A DNA stretch of 64,000 bases from positions 1,619,946 through 1,683,945 of the forward strand of contig CBDATQ010000002.1 in the NCBI GenBank assembly GCA_965199955.1, read 5' to 3'. Source of the stretch: Spirochaetia bacterium (GTDB lineage Bacteria > Spirochaetota > Spirochaetia > SZUA-6 > Bin103). Under the pieces are notes generated by a model. It had not been told where the DNA came from. It saw only the letters and a list, made by a program, of their open reading frames with translations, and ran no database searches. Positions 9,762 through 19,798 of this stretch are shown here, piece after piece (positions within the stretch are counted from its first letter, which is position 1; each line of letters opens with the position of its first letter). The position numbers were made by a program, and so were the translations under genes.

Positions 9762-10748
9762 GTGGCGGTAGTCACGATGAAGAACCTCCTGGAGTCCGGC
9801 GTGCACTTCGGCCATCAGACCAAGCGCTGGGACCCCAGGATGCGCAGATACATTTTTGCCGAGCGCAACGGCATCCATATCATCGACCTGCAGAAGACGA
9901 TCGCGGCCATCAAGAGTTCGTACGACGTGGTTCGCCAGGTCGTGCTGGAAGGAAAGTCCGTGCTGTTCGTGGGCACCAAGAAGCAGGCCCAGCAGTCGAT
10001 CGAGCGCGAAGCGAAGCGGTGCCAGATGTTCTACGTGAACAATCGTTGGCTCGGCGGCATGCTGACCAACTTCTCGACCATCAAGCGGTCGCTGCTGAAG
10101 CTCAAGAAGATCGAGAAGATGGAAGTGGACGGCACGTTCCGCAATCTCACCAAGAAGGAGATCTCGCTGATGCTCAAGGAGCGGGCGCGCCTGGAGCGCA
10201 ACCTCGGCGGCATCAAGGAGATGAAGGAGCTTCCCGGCGTCGTGTTCATCATCGACACGCGCAACGAGTCCATCGCGGTGGACGAGGCGCGTGCCGTCGG
10301 CGTGCCGATCGTCGCGGTGGTGGATACCAACAGCAATCCGGAAGGCATCGACTATCCCATTCCCGGCAATGATGACGCGATCCGCGCCATCAACCTCTTC
10401 ACGCAGATCATCGCCAATGCCGTGGTCGAGGCGGAGAACGAGGTGGGTCTGGAGGTGATCGAGAACCTGCAGGATGACGAGATGTCCGAGGAGTATGCGG
10501 GTTATCCCGAGCATGCCGCCGACGGCCGGGACGACGGGGAAAAAGAAGAAGAACAGGACGAGGTGGAGACGGTCGCGCTCGGCGAAACGCTGCAGGCCGA
10601 CGATCCGGACGCCCCGGAGCGGTTCACCGATCAGGACTACTCCGACTTCGACCCCTCCAAGTACGAGCGTGACGAGACGGCTGCCGAGCAGCCAACTGTG
10701 GAAGAGACCGCCGGAATCGACGAAGACCGGCTCTACGAAGACCTGTGA
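9762..10748 (+). CDS. rpsB: 30S ribosomal protein S2 with acidic C-terminal extension
   Basis: [45 protein letters not shown]. Confidence 0.98.
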   Translation: MAVVTMKNLLESGVHFGHQTKRWDPRMRRYIFAERNGIHIIDLQKTIAAIKSSYDVVRQVVLEGKSVLFVGTKKQAQQSIEREAKRCQMFYVNNRWLGGMLTNFSTIKRSLLKLKKIEKMEVDGTFRNLTKKEISLMLKERARLERNLGGIKEMKELPGVVFIIDTRNESIAVDEARAVGVPIVAVVDTNSNPEGIDYPIPGNDDAIRAINLFTQIIANAVVEAENEVGLEVIENLQDDEMSEEYAGYPEHAADGRDDGEKEEEQDEVETVALGETLQADDPDAPERFTDQDYSDFDPSKYERDETAAEQPTVEETAGIDEDRLYEDL

Positions 10749-11602
10749 GCCCTGCCGGACCTTCGGTCGTCACGGCAGCCGCGGTCAAGGAGCTCCGCGC
10801 CATGACCGGCGCCGGCATGATGGACTGCAAGACGGCGCTGGTCGAGGCGGACGGCGACCTGCAGGCGGCCGAGCGCAGGCTCAAGGAGCAGGGCCTTGCC
10901 GCGGCGGCCAAGCGCGTCGGCCGCGCGGCCGACGAGGGGCGGGTATTCGCAGCCGTTCGGAACGGCGGCGGCGCCCTGCTCGAGCTGTCGAGCGAGACCG
11001 ACTTCGTCGCCCGCAACGATCAATTCGTGGAGTTGGGGCGGTCGCTGGTCGTGCATGCCCTGGAGCAGGCCCTGCAGGAACCGGATGAGCACATGCAGGA
11101 TGCGATCGGCGACCTTGCTTCCCGCATCCGCGAGAACATTGGCTTCAAGCGGTGCGCGGTGGTAGCGGTCGACGCCGCAGCGGGCGAGCATGTCGCGGAC
11201 TACGTGCACGGCGAGGGTTCGATCGGCGTGCTGGTCAAGCTTCGCACCGGCGGAACGGTCGACGAAGAGGTGCGACAGACCGCGCACGATCTGGCGCTGC
11301 ACGTGGCTGCGTTCGCGCCGCGCTTCCTGTCACCGGATGACGTGGATGCCTCCTACCGTGACGAGCAGGAGCAGATCTTCCGCACGCAGGCAGAGGCGCT
11401 CGGCAAGCCGGAGAAGGTCACGGAGGGGATCGTCCGCGGCAAGCTGGGCAAGCACCTGTCGGAGATCTGCCTGCTGGAGCAGGGATTCGTGAAGGACGAG
11501 AAGCAGAATGTGAAGCAGGTCCTTGCCGGCCTCGGCAAGCGCCTCGGAGAGAAGGTGAGCGTCGCCGAGTTCCGCTACTTCAAGGTAGGCGAGCAGGATT
11601 GA
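10745..11602 (+). CDS. tsf: Elongation factor Ts
   Basis: [24 protein letters not shown]. Confidence 0.97.
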   Translation: MSPAGPSVVTAAAVKELRAMTGAGMMDCKTALVEADGDLQAAERRLKEQGLAAAAKRVGRAADEGRVFAAVRNGGGALLELSSETDFVARNDQFVELGRSLVVHALEQALQEPDEHMQDAIGDLASRIRENIGFKRCAVVAVDAAAGEHVADYVHGEGSIGVLVKLRTGGTVDEEVRQTAHDLALHVAAFAPRFLSPDDVDASYRDEQEQIFRTQAEALGKPEKVTEGIVRGKLGKHLSEICLLEQGFVKDEKQNVKQVLAGLGKRLGEKVSVAEFRYFKVGEQD

Positions 11603-11644
11603 TGGGCGGACAGGCAGCTACGACCGGATTTGGGGAGAATACAC

Positions 11645-12199
11645 ATGGCTGACGCGACCGCGGATGCGAGGAAGCGCATGACCCGGGCGATTCAGGCGCT
11701 GGAGTCGGAGTTCCGCACCATCCGGACCGGCCGGGCCTCCGCATCGCTGTTCGACCGCATCACGGTGCGGTACTACGACCAGGACATGCCCCTGAATCAG
11801 GTCGCCTCGATCACCGTGCCGGAAGCGCGTCTGGTCGTGATCCAGCCCTGGGACCTCTCTCTCTTGGGGGAAGTCGAGCGCGCGATCCAGAAGTCCGACC
11901 TGTCGTTCAACCCCAGCAATGACGGAAAGGTGATCCGCATAGCCATTCCTCAGCTCACCGCCGAACGCCGGCAGGAGATCGCCAAGTTGGCCCGGGCGGC
12001 AGGGGAGCGCGCTCGCGTCGGCATTCGCAACGTGCGGCGCGACGCCAACGAGGCGATCAAGAAAGCGCAGAAGGACGGTGACACCTCAGAGGACGACGCG
12101 CGTCGCATGACGGGGGAAATCCAGAAGCTGACCGACGCTCAGATTGCCAAAATCGGCGACTTGGTGGAGCAGAAGGAGCAGGAGATCCTTTCGATCTAG
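11645..12199 (+). CDS. frr: Ribosome recycling factor
   Basis: IRTGRA, IQPWD, NDGKVIRI..P.LTAERR, IRNVRRDA. Confidence 0.97.
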   Translation: MADATADARKRMTRAIQALESEFRTIRTGRASASLFDRITVRYYDQDMPLNQVASITVPEARLVVIQPWDLSLLGEVERAIQKSDLSFNPSNDGKVIRIAIPQLTAERRQEIAKLARAAGERARVGIRNVRRDANEAIKKAQKDGDTSEDDARRMTGEIQKLTDAQIAKIGDLVEQKEQEILSI

Positions 12200-12231
12200 G
12201 AGTCTCACCGGCTCCCAGGAGAGGGTTGGGG

Positions 12232-13149
12232 ATGGCGGCACCCGCTTCGCGGCCCCCCGGGGCCCGGAAGGAATCGGGCCGGCCCGCCCCCGACGGCTCG
12301 CCCCACGCCGAGAGCCGCCGGGAGACGGCCGGCCGCCTGTTGCTGTTTGCCCTTGCCGTTCCCTTCTTCATCACGGTGACGCTGCTGCTGCCGGGTCACC
12401 GGCACCTTGCGCTGGCGGTGTCGACCACGGTGGCCACCGCGTTCGCCGCGCACGAGGTGGTGCAGCTCATGCTGGGCGCGAACCGGAACCGGTTCGGTGA
12501 CGGCGTCGCGATCGTCGCGAGCGCCGGCGTGCCGGCCGTGACTTGGATGCAGATCGCCGGCGTGGCCGATGAGCATGCGCTGCTCGGATATCTGGCAGGA
12601 GGCGCCGCCGTGCTGCTGGTGGTCAGCACGGTTCCCAGCGGGCGGCCGGCATCCGAGCCGCTTCGTGAACGAGCGTCTGCGACGCTGCTGGTTCTGCTCT
12701 ATCCAGGACTGCTGGTCAGCTACGTCGTCAGGATTGCGTCGCTGGACCATGCCGGCCAGGCGCTGCTCGCATTCTTCATCCTGGTGTTCGGCACCGACAT
12801 CGCCGGGTACGTGGTCGGGCGCCTTACCCGCGCCCGTCCCTGGGGCCTGCCGGTCAGCCCCAACAAGACCGCGGCCGGTTTCGCCGGCTCGCTGATCATG
12901 GCGCTGATCCTGGGGGTTGCCGTGACGAGGCTGTTTCCGCTTGCGGTGCCGTTCGGCCCGGCCGCGGCTCTCGGTCTGGGCGCGGCAGTCGGGACCGCGA
13001 CCATCGCCGGCGACCTGGTGGAGTCGGGCCTCAAGCGCGCCGCCGCCGTCAAGCACTCCGGCCGTCACATTCCGGGGCGCGGCGGCGTGATGGACTCGAT
13101 CGACTCTATCCTGCTGGGTGCACCCGTGTTCTACGCGGTAGTAGCTTAA
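12232..13149 (+). CDS. cdsA: Phosphatidate cytidylyltransferase
   Basis: Hydrophobic protein with DIAGYVVG, SPNKT, GDLVESGLKR, IPGRGGVMDSIDS. Confidence 0.93.
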   Translation: MAAPASRPPGARKESGRPAPDGSPHAESRRETAGRLLLFALAVPFFITVTLLLPGHRHLALAVSTTVATAFAAHEVVQLMLGANRNRFGDGVAIVASAGVPAVTWMQIAGVADEHALLGYLAGGAAVLLVVSTVPSGRPASEPLRERASATLLVLLYPGLLVSYVVRIASLDHAGQALLAFFILVFGTDIAGYVVGRLTRARPWGLPVSPNKTAAGFAGSLIMALILGVAVTRLFPLAVPFGPAAALGLGAAVGTATIAGDLVESGLKRAAAVKHSGRHIPGRGGVMDSIDSILLGAPVFYAVVA

Positions 13150-13153
13150 CGTC

Positions 13154-14521
13154 GTGGACACGGTGCTCACCATCGTCATCGGCGTGGTCGGACTGGGGGT
13201 GATGATCCTGGTCCACGAGGCCGGCCACTTCCTCGCGGCGCGCGCGGCGGGCGTGCACGTTGAGATCTTCTCCCTCGGCTGGGGCAAGCGGCTGGTCGGC
13301 CTGCAGCGCGGCGGCACGTGGTATCAGATCTCCTGGTTTCCGTTCGGCGGCTACTGCAAGATGCGGGGCGACGAGGTCTTGCGCGGCGGGCGGGATGCGT
13401 GGACGCCCGGGCTCACCGAGCAGCAGGGGGCGTTCTTCGCCGCCGGTCCGTGGCGGCGTATCGCGATCGTCGCCGCCGGGCCGGTCGCGAACCTGGTGTT
13501 CGCGTTGCTGGTGCTGACCATCGTCGCGTGGACGGGCTTCACGGTCCGTACGCCGGACAACCGCATCGTGGTCCCGGCAGACCGGCCGTCGCCGGCGCTC
13601 AGCGCCGGGCTGCAGACCGGCGACCGCATCACGGCCATCGACGGGCGGCGGGTGAGGAGCTTCCGCGACATCCGCCGCGAAGTCGCGCCCGCACCGGAGC
13701 GGGGGTTGCGAGTCCGGGTGGAGCGCGCAGGCCGGGAGCTCATGGCCGACCTCACGCCCGAGCTGGATCCGCAGACGCAGGGGGGCCGCATCGGCGTCTA
13801 CGCATGGGTCGACCCCGTGATCGGCGCCGTCGATGGTCATGGCGGAGAGTCCGGCCAGGGCGCCGCCGCCGGGCTCGCGCCCGGCGACCGCATCGTGGCC
13901 GTGGACGGGAGCACCGTCGCGCACACGATCGACCTCTACGAGGCGCTCCGCGCCAGCGAGGATCCGGCAGAGCTCACGGTGGAACGCGACGGCCGCCAGC
14001 TTGCCGTGCGGCAGGCGCTCACGGAGACCGCCGCGGGCGTCGACCTCGCCGGCGCGCGCGTGCGTATCCCGCTGGTCCGCTACCGTGAATCGGGGCCCGC
14101 GCAGGCGTTCGCAGCCGCGCTCCGCGAGGTGGTGCGCACGGTCGCCGTGACGATCGAGGGGATCGGCCGGCTGCTGCGGGGGGGCGGCGGCGTGCAGGAC
14201 TCCGTGGCGGGCCCGTTGCGGCTGACCTACTACGTGGGCACGGTGGCGGCAGGCGGCCTGCAGATCGGCCTTGCCGCCGGCGTCACCGACTTCCTGCGCT
14301 TCGTGAGCGTGATCAGCGTCGTCCTCTTCCTGATGAACCTGCTGCCGATACCGGCGCTGGACGGCGGTCACATCGCGCTCTACGCCGTCGAGGTGATCCT
14401 GCGCCGACGTGTCAAGCCGTCGGTGGTCTACCGCATACAGACCATCGGAGTGTCGCTTCTGATCCTGTTCGCGATCTCGGTGACCCTGAGCGACATTCTG
14501 TTCCTTGCAGGGAGCCGCTGA
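13154..14521 (+). CDS. rseP: RIP intramembrane metalloprotease RseP
   Basis: HEAGH zinc motif, AGPVAN, two PDZ-like segments, NLLPIPALDGGH. Confidence 0.95.
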   Translation: MDTVLTIVIGVVGLGVMILVHEAGHFLAARAAGVHVEIFSLGWGKRLVGLQRGGTWYQISWFPFGGYCKMRGDEVLRGGRDAWTPGLTEQQGAFFAAGPWRRIAIVAAGPVANLVFALLVLTIVAWTGFTVRTPDNRIVVPADRPSPALSAGLQTGDRITAIDGRRVRSFRDIRREVAPAPERGLRVRVERAGRELMADLTPELDPQTQGGRIGVYAWVDPVIGAVDGHGGESGQGAAAGLAPGDRIVAVDGSTVAHTIDLYEALRASEDPAELTVERDGRQLAVRQALTETAAGVDLAGARVRIPLVRYRESGPAQAFAAALREVVRTVAVTIEGIGRLLRGGGGVQDSVAGPLRLTYYVGTVAAGGLQIGLAAGVTDFLRFVSVISVVLFLMNLLPIPALDGGHIALYAVEVILRRRVKPSVVYRIQTIGVSLLILFAISVTLSDILFLAGSR

Positions 14522-16709
14522 TCCCGTGGCTCGGAGCGGCGTTCCGCCGGCAGCGGGCGGGGTAGTACGGCGGTGTCCGCGGGGGACGGTCCTCCTCGCC
14601 ATCGCACTGTCGGTCCTGGTAGCGGCCGTTCACGGCGCCACCTCGGCGCCGCTGCAAACGGTGGGCGCATCGGGCCGCATCCCCGAGTCCGGACTGCAGC
14701 TCAACACCGGCCACCGGGGTGCGGTGACGCTGATGGCGTCGTGGCGGGGCGGATCTTTCGTGGTGTCCGCCGGTGTGGACGGGACGCTCCGGGTATGGGA
14801 CCCACGTGACCGGTCGCTCCGGCACACGGTGGCGCTGGGAGGCGTCCCGTCGGCGCTGGTGGTGCACCCGTGGTTGCCGCGTGTCTTCGCCGCGCTCGGC
14901 GACGGATCGGAAGAGCGGCTGACAGCCTGGGATTGGGAGCAGGGGCTGGTGCTGTTCACCATTCCGCTGGGCAATCCACCGCTGTTCCTGGGTTTGTCGC
15001 GCACCGCCGGATCACTGCTCGTCGGGCGGGCGTCGGTCGACGGCCTGTCGCTCATCGATCCGACCACGGGGGAGCGGCAGCCGGGATTGGAGAGCGGCAC
15101 CGGTATCGTCACGTTCGCGGTCACGTCCCGCGACGAACGGACGGTGTTGACCTACCAGCCGTCGGGTTCCCTGGTGTATCGCAATCGGGCGACCGGCGGG
15201 ATCCTGCAGCGCCTGCGGGTGCCCGGGGACCTTGCCGACCTGGGTCTGAGCAGCGACCGGCGCTACTTGGTCGGCCGCTCCGGGGAGTGGCTGGTATCGG
15301 TCGATGCGGTCGACGGCGCGGAAACCGACCGCCTGCGCATCGCCGGCCTGCGCACGATGGAAGTCTGGGACACTGCCGACCGGGTCGTGGTGGCGGCGGA
15401 GGACGAGTCCGGTCCGTCCCTGCGCACCGTCTCGGTCAGCGCGGGCCGTTTCGACGCGACACGGTCGGCATGGCGGGTCGCGCAGACGCCGACGGCACTG
15501 TCGTACGGCCACGAGAAACTGTTCGCAGGCATGCCCGACGGCACGATACTGACGCTCGACCTGCGCGATCCCGAGCCGGCGGCTGCCGTGCTCGTACGCG
15601 ACGAACGGCTCGCGATCCTGGACGTGGCGGTCGCCGGCAACACGGTGGTGCTGGCGACCCGGGCCGGATTGGTCACCCTGACCGGCGGCTTCGTCGGCGG
15701 GGCGCCGTTGCGGCTCGCTGCCGGCATGAGAACCGGCATCGCCGCACGGGTGTTGGCGGCACCGTTCGGGGAGCGTACGGCGAGCACCATGCGGGTCACG
15801 GCGCTCGACGCCGCGCGCGTGCTGGTCTGGTCGGATGGCGACGAGCCCGGCATCGCCGTGCTGCATCTCCCGGAACATCTGGTCGGTGTACCGCAGCCGC
15901 CGTTTTCCGCTCCGCTGGTGAACCTGGACGCTACCGGCGGGACGATTGCCGCGGTCGACCGTACCGGACAGGTCGCGCTGCTCGCCGCGCACACCGGGGA
16001 GTCCCTGGCGGAGTCGGGAGACGGAGCGCCCGGCTCGCCCCGTACCGTACTCGAGACGCTCCGTGCCGTCAGGATCGCGGGCACGACCGACGCGGTGGCC
16101 GCAGCGCGTGACGGGGGGCCGGCGCTGGTGGCTGCGCTGGCCGGCCTCGGCGGGATGGGCTCATCGATCGTGAGCATCGCGGCGGCGACCGGCGGGACGG
16201 TGGCGATGCCCGATCGGCGCAGCTTCGTCTACGATCTGGCCTACGACCCGTACGCGGGAGCGCTGTACTCGCTGGGCGTGCACGCAGGGGCCGGGAGCCG
16301 CACCACCTTGATGCTCCATGCAGGACCGGGGCTCGATCGTCGCCGTACGCTGTTCGTCTCCGCGGGTGAAGACCTGCGGGCGTCCGTGGCGGTCGAGCCG
16401 GCCGACACAGCCGGTGGGAGGGTCTTCTTCTCGCTGGCAGGAAGGGTGCGGCTCTGGGACGGGCGGCGCATACGGCCGCTTGCAGAAACCGGCCGGGAGG
16501 CGCGCCGGCTCTCCGTGCACCGGGGCAGGGTCTACGCGGTCAACTCCGACGGCACCCTCAGCGCGTGGTCGTCCGACACCCTGGCCCATCAGTTCGACCT
16601 GCACGTCTGGCGTGACTTCGAGTGGCTGGTGAGTGCCGGAGACCGGTACTGGACCTCGCCGGACGGTGCCAGGTATGTGGGCAGTCCCGATGCGGGACGC
16701 GGGAGGTAG
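14505..16709 (+). CDS. Exported WD40/beta-propeller protein (start uncertain)
   Basis: Hydrophobic N-terminal segment; WD repeats GHRGAVT...SAGVDGTLRVWD and NSDGTLSAWS. Confidence 0.7.
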   Translation: MQGAADPVARSGVPPAAGGVVRRCPRGTVLLAIALSVLVAAVHGATSAPLQTVGASGRIPESGLQLNTGHRGAVTLMASWRGGSFVVSAGVDGTLRVWDPRDRSLRHTVALGGVPSALVVHPWLPRVFAALGDGSEERLTAWDWEQGLVLFTIPLGNPPLFLGLSRTAGSLLVGRASVDGLSLIDPTTGERQPGLESGTGIVTFAVTSRDERTVLTYQPSGSLVYRNRATGGILQRLRVPGDLADLGLSSDRRYLVGRSGEWLVSVDAVDGAETDRLRIAGLRTMEVWDTADRVVVAAEDESGPSLRTVSVSAGRFDATRSAWRVAQTPTALSYGHEKLFAGMPDGTILTLDLRDPEPAAAVLVRDERLAILDVAVAGNTVVLATRAGLVTLTGGFVGGAPLRLAAGMRTGIAARVLAAPFGERTASTMRVTALDAARVLVWSDGDEPGIAVLHLPEHLVGVPQPPFSAPLVNLDATGGTIAAVDRTGQVALLAAHTGESLAESGDGAPGSPRTVLETLRAVRIAGTTDAVAAARDGGPALVAALAGLGGMGSSIVSIAAATGGTVAMPDRRSFVYDLAYDPYAGALYSLGVHAGAGSRTTLMLHAGPGLDRRRTLFVSAGEDLRASVAVEPADTAGGRVFFSLAGRVRLWDGRRIRPLAETGREARRLSVHRGRVYAVNSDGTLSAWSSDTLAHQFDLHVWRDFEWLVSAGDRYWTSPDGARYVGSPDAGRGR

Positions 16710-16714
16710 CGCCC

Positions 16715-16740
16715 CGCGCGGCAAATCCGACAGACTCCTA
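16715..16740 (-). repeat. REP/MITE-like repeat arm directly after the dnaB TAG
   Basis: TAGGAGTCTGTCGGATTTGCCGCGCG, 25/26 identical to 19773-19798. Confidence 0.75.
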
Positions 16741-18072
16741 TGCCGCCGACTGTCCGTGCTGGAATGACTCGAACCGGACGTACCGGGGGACGAACGCGAG
16801 CTTGATGTCCTCGGTGGGTCCATTGCGCTGTTTGGCCACCATCAGCTCGGTTTCCACCTGCGGTCCGTCCGGCTCGCGGTCGCGGTGCAGGAACATCACC
16901 ACGTCTGCGTCCTGCTCGATGGAGCCCGACTCGCGGAGGTCGGCCAGCGCGGGGCGCCTGCCCTCGGTTTCGCGCCGGACCTGGGACAGCGCCACGACCG
17001 GTATGGTGAGCTCGCGCGCCAGCGCCTTCAGCGATCGCGAAATCTCGGCTATCTGCTCGTGGCGGGGCAGGTCCAGATGCTCCGACGTCACCAGGGTCAG
17101 GTAGTCGATGAAGACGATGCCCACGTCGTGCCTGGCGCGCATGCGGCGCGCCTGGGCGCGCAGGTCGAGCAGCCGAAGTCCCGGGGTGTCGTCGATGTAG
17201 AGGGGTGCGTCGTAGATGCGGCCGGCGGCATCGGTGATCTGCTGCCAGTCCGACGGTTTCAGCAGTCCGGCGCGAATCCGCGTGGAGTCGATCCGTGCCT
17301 CGCTCGCCAGCACGCGCTGCATCACGGCATGGCTTGACATTTCCAGGGTGAACAGGCCGACCGGCACCGGCTTTTCGGCCCGGATCGCGATGTTGGTCGC
17401 CATGGAGAGCGCGAGTGCGGTCTTGCCGACCGACGGCCGCGCGCCGATGACGATGAACTCCGATTCCTGGAAGCCGCTGGTCAGGCGATCCAGGTCGGGG
17501 TAGCCGCTCGGCACGCCCGTGTAGGCGGCGCCGGCGCGGGACAGTGCTTCGATCTTGTTCACGGTCTGGGTGACGATCTCCCGGGCGCTCTGGTACGAGC
17601 CCGAGAGCTGCAGGTCGGACAGGTCGAAGATTCGCCGCTCGGCGTCGTCGATCACCTCGCGGACGTCGCGGCCCGCGGCGTGCGCATCGGCCGACAGCTC
17701 CGCGGACAGCGTCAGCATGCGCCGGCGCAGGCTGCACGCCTGAACGATCCTGGCGTAGTACTCGACGTTGGCGCTGGTAGGGACGCCGGTGGTGAGCCCG
17801 GAGATGTAGGAGGCGCCCCCGCAGGCATCGAGCGCTTCGGCGCGCTCGAGCTCGTCCGTGAGCGTGATCAGGTCGACAGGGTCGCTGCGGTTGAAGAGCG
17901 CGACGATCGCTTCGAAGACCCGCCGGTGGGCGGGGCGGTAGAAGTCCTCCGCCCGCAGGTAGCGCAGCACGACCGGCAGCGCTTCCTCGTTGAGCAGCAG
18001 CGCGCCGAGCGCCGCCACCTCCGCTTCGAGGTTGTGAGGAGGGACGGAGTCGGGCAGGGCTCCGTCAGCCAC
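16738..18072 (-). CDS. dnaB: Replicative DNA helicase
   Basis: PPHNLEAE, GARPSVGKT, LEMS, IDYL, LSQV.R, DLRESGSIEQDAD, KQRNGP. Confidence 0.98.
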   Translation of the reverse strand: MADGALPDSVPPHNLEAEVAALGALLLNEEALPVVLRYLRAEDFYRPAHRRVFEAIVALFNRSDPVDLITLTDELERAEALDACGGASYISGLTTGVPTSANVEYYARIVQACSLRRRMLTLSAELSADAHAAGRDVREVIDDAERRIFDLSDLQLSGSYQSAREIVTQTVNKIEALSRAGAAYTGVPSGYPDLDRLTSGFQESEFIVIGARPSVGKTALALSMATNIAIRAEKPVPVGLFTLEMSSHAVMQRVLASEARIDSTRIRAGLLKPSDWQQITDAAGRIYDAPLYIDDTPGLRLLDLRAQARRMRARHDVGIVFIDYLTLVTSEHLDLPRHEQIAEISRSLKALARELTIPVVALSQVRRETEGRRPALADLRESGSIEQDADVVMFLHRDREPDGPQVETELMVAKQRNGPTEDIKLAFVPRYVRFESFQHGQSAA

Positions 18073-18083
18073 GGGAGCCGCCG

Positions 18084-18536
18084 CTACGACTGGGACGGGT
18101 CTATGCGAATCGAGAGCGTCGCCATCTCTCTGTCGTAGAGGCGCACGTCGGCGTTGTGTTCGCCCGTGGTCCGCAGCGAATGGCCGGGCACGTCGATCCG
18201 GCGGCGTTCGATGCTGTAGCCCAGCTTCTCGAGCTCGGCCGCGATGTTCGCACTCGAGATCGACCCGAACAGTTTCCCGGTTGCGCCGGCGGTGACCTCG
18301 AAGACCAGCAGCTCGGATTCGAGCCGTTCCTTGAGGCTGGCTGCATCGCGGCGCTTCTGCTGCTTGCGCAGCTCGATCTCGGCCGCGCGGCGTTCGATGG
18401 CCCGCACGTTCTGCGGGGTATGCGGCAGGGCCATCTCCTGAGGGATCAGGAAGTTGCGCGCGTAGCCCGGCTTGACATCGCGGACGTCACCCTCTTCGCC
18501 CAGTCCGATGACGTCGGTGTTCAGTATCACCCTCAT
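18084..18536 (-). CDS. rplI: 50S ribosomal protein L9
   Basis: MRVIL..DV.GLG..GD..DVKPGYARNFLIP, GKLFGSI. Confidence 0.97.
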   Translation of the reverse strand: MRVILNTDVIGLGEEGDVRDVKPGYARNFLIPQEMALPHTPQNVRAIERRAAEIELRKQQKRRDAASLKERLESELLVFEVTAGATGKLFGSISSANIAAELEKLGYSIERRRIDVPGHSLRTTGEHNADVRLYDREMATLSIRIDPSQS

Positions 18537-18596
18537 GAGGCACCTCGTTTCATGTTGTCCATTCGGAGCATGTTCGTTCGACTACGGCCGCTCCGG

Positions 18597-19637
18597 TCAC
18601 GGTCGATCGGTATCGTCTTCGGAGTCCGAGCCGCCGGCCTGCAGGCGTTGGCGGTAGTGGACCCAGATCTCGGAAGCTCCGAACGCGGAGATGATAAGCA
18701 ACAGCCACGGCAACGCAAAGAGGCCGATGACCAGCATCACGCCGATCAGCAGACTGGTCGTCGTGCCGGACTGCCCGTACCGGCCGGCGAACACCCGCAT
18801 GATCGCGATCCCCTGGATGCCGAACACGAACGCCATCACCAGGACGGCGTTCCAGCCGATCGCGGCCAGCAGCTCGAGCCCTGCGTTTCCGAGCGCTCCG
18901 GTCTGGTCGATCGCCACCACGGCAAGGCCGCCGACGAGCACCCAGACCAGGTGGTCCGGGGCGTGGAATTCCGTCACCGGCCGCAAGGGTGACGGTATCC
19001 GGGCGCTGCGGGCACCGACCGCGGTGCCTATCCACCACTGGCTGGTCAGGAACACGAAGTAGATCAGCAGGTAGCTGCGCAGGATGCCGGGCGCAGTCTC
19101 CCGGAACGTGTCGGCCATGCTGCGCGCGGCCGCGATCGCGTCGGTGGCAAGTTCGTCGCCGAGCGAAGTCGAAGCGCTGTTCGCCCAGTTCATCAGGAAC
19201 GACTCCGCCGCCAGGCTGGCGGTCTCCAGGAATCCCGCCATCAGGGGCATGGTGGCCACACCGGCCGCCACGGTGGCCCCGAGCAGCCGGTACAGCACCC
19301 GGTACTGGCTGAAGCGTGCCGATGCCAGGACGTACAGGCCGCCCACCGTCAGGATCAGCACCAGGATCTCGGCGTGCATCAGCCCGTCGGCGATCTGCTC
19401 GGGCAGATCGCCCCAGCCGGTGAGCAGACGGAACGACACCGCGGCGATCCCGAACAGCGCCGCGGCATAACCGAACGCCGTGATGCCGCGGCGGACGAGC
19501 AGTGCCTGCAGCGGCACGAGGCAGAGCAGCGGTCCGAACAACGGCAGGAACAGGTAGCTGACGGACGCTACGACCGCCAGCAGGATCACTTCGATCCAGT
19601 AGGAGCAGGCTGCGCGTGTCTCGTCGACTTCACTCAT
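18597..19637 (-). CDS. DUF2232/YybS-like membrane protein
   Basis: Polytopic hydrophobic ORF in the conserved position upstream of rplI; FGIQGIAI and G.SEIWVHYR.R resemble the YybS C-terminus. Confidence 0.8.
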   Translation of the reverse strand: MSEVDETRAACSYWIEVILLAVVASVSYLFLPLFGPLLCLVPLQALLVRRGITAFGYAAALFGIAAVSFRLLTGWGDLPEQIADGLMHAEILVLILTVGGLYVLASARFSQYRVLYRLLGATVAAGVATMPLMAGFLETASLAAESFLMNWANSASTSLGDELATDAIAAARSMADTFRETAPGILRSYLLIYFVFLTSQWWIGTAVGARSARIPSPLRPVTEFHAPDHLVWVLVGGLAVVAIDQTGALGNAGLELLAAIGWNAVLVMAFVFGIQGIAIMRVFAGRYGQSGTTTSLLIGVMLVIGLFALPWLLLIISAFGASEIWVHYRQRLQAGGSDSEDDTDRP

Positions 19638-19746
19638 CGCCGTTGAGGTCCGAACGCGGAATTCGAGATAGCGTTCTTTTGTAGACGATCCTAGCGCCCC
19701 GAAACCGTCGCCTCCGGCTCCGTTTTCGGCCCATCCCCACCTATCG

Positions 19747-19798
19747 CTACGGAGCTTGTCGGCCTTCCCGCTCGCGCGGCAAGTCCGACAGACTCCTA
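19747..19798. repeat. Imperfect ~50-bp palindrome (REP/MITE-like) after the ssb TAG
   Basis: GGAGCTTGTCGGCCTTCCCGC-TCGC-GCGGCAAGTCCGACAGACTCC forms a long imperfect hairpin; one arm recurs at 16715-16740. Confidence 0.75.
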
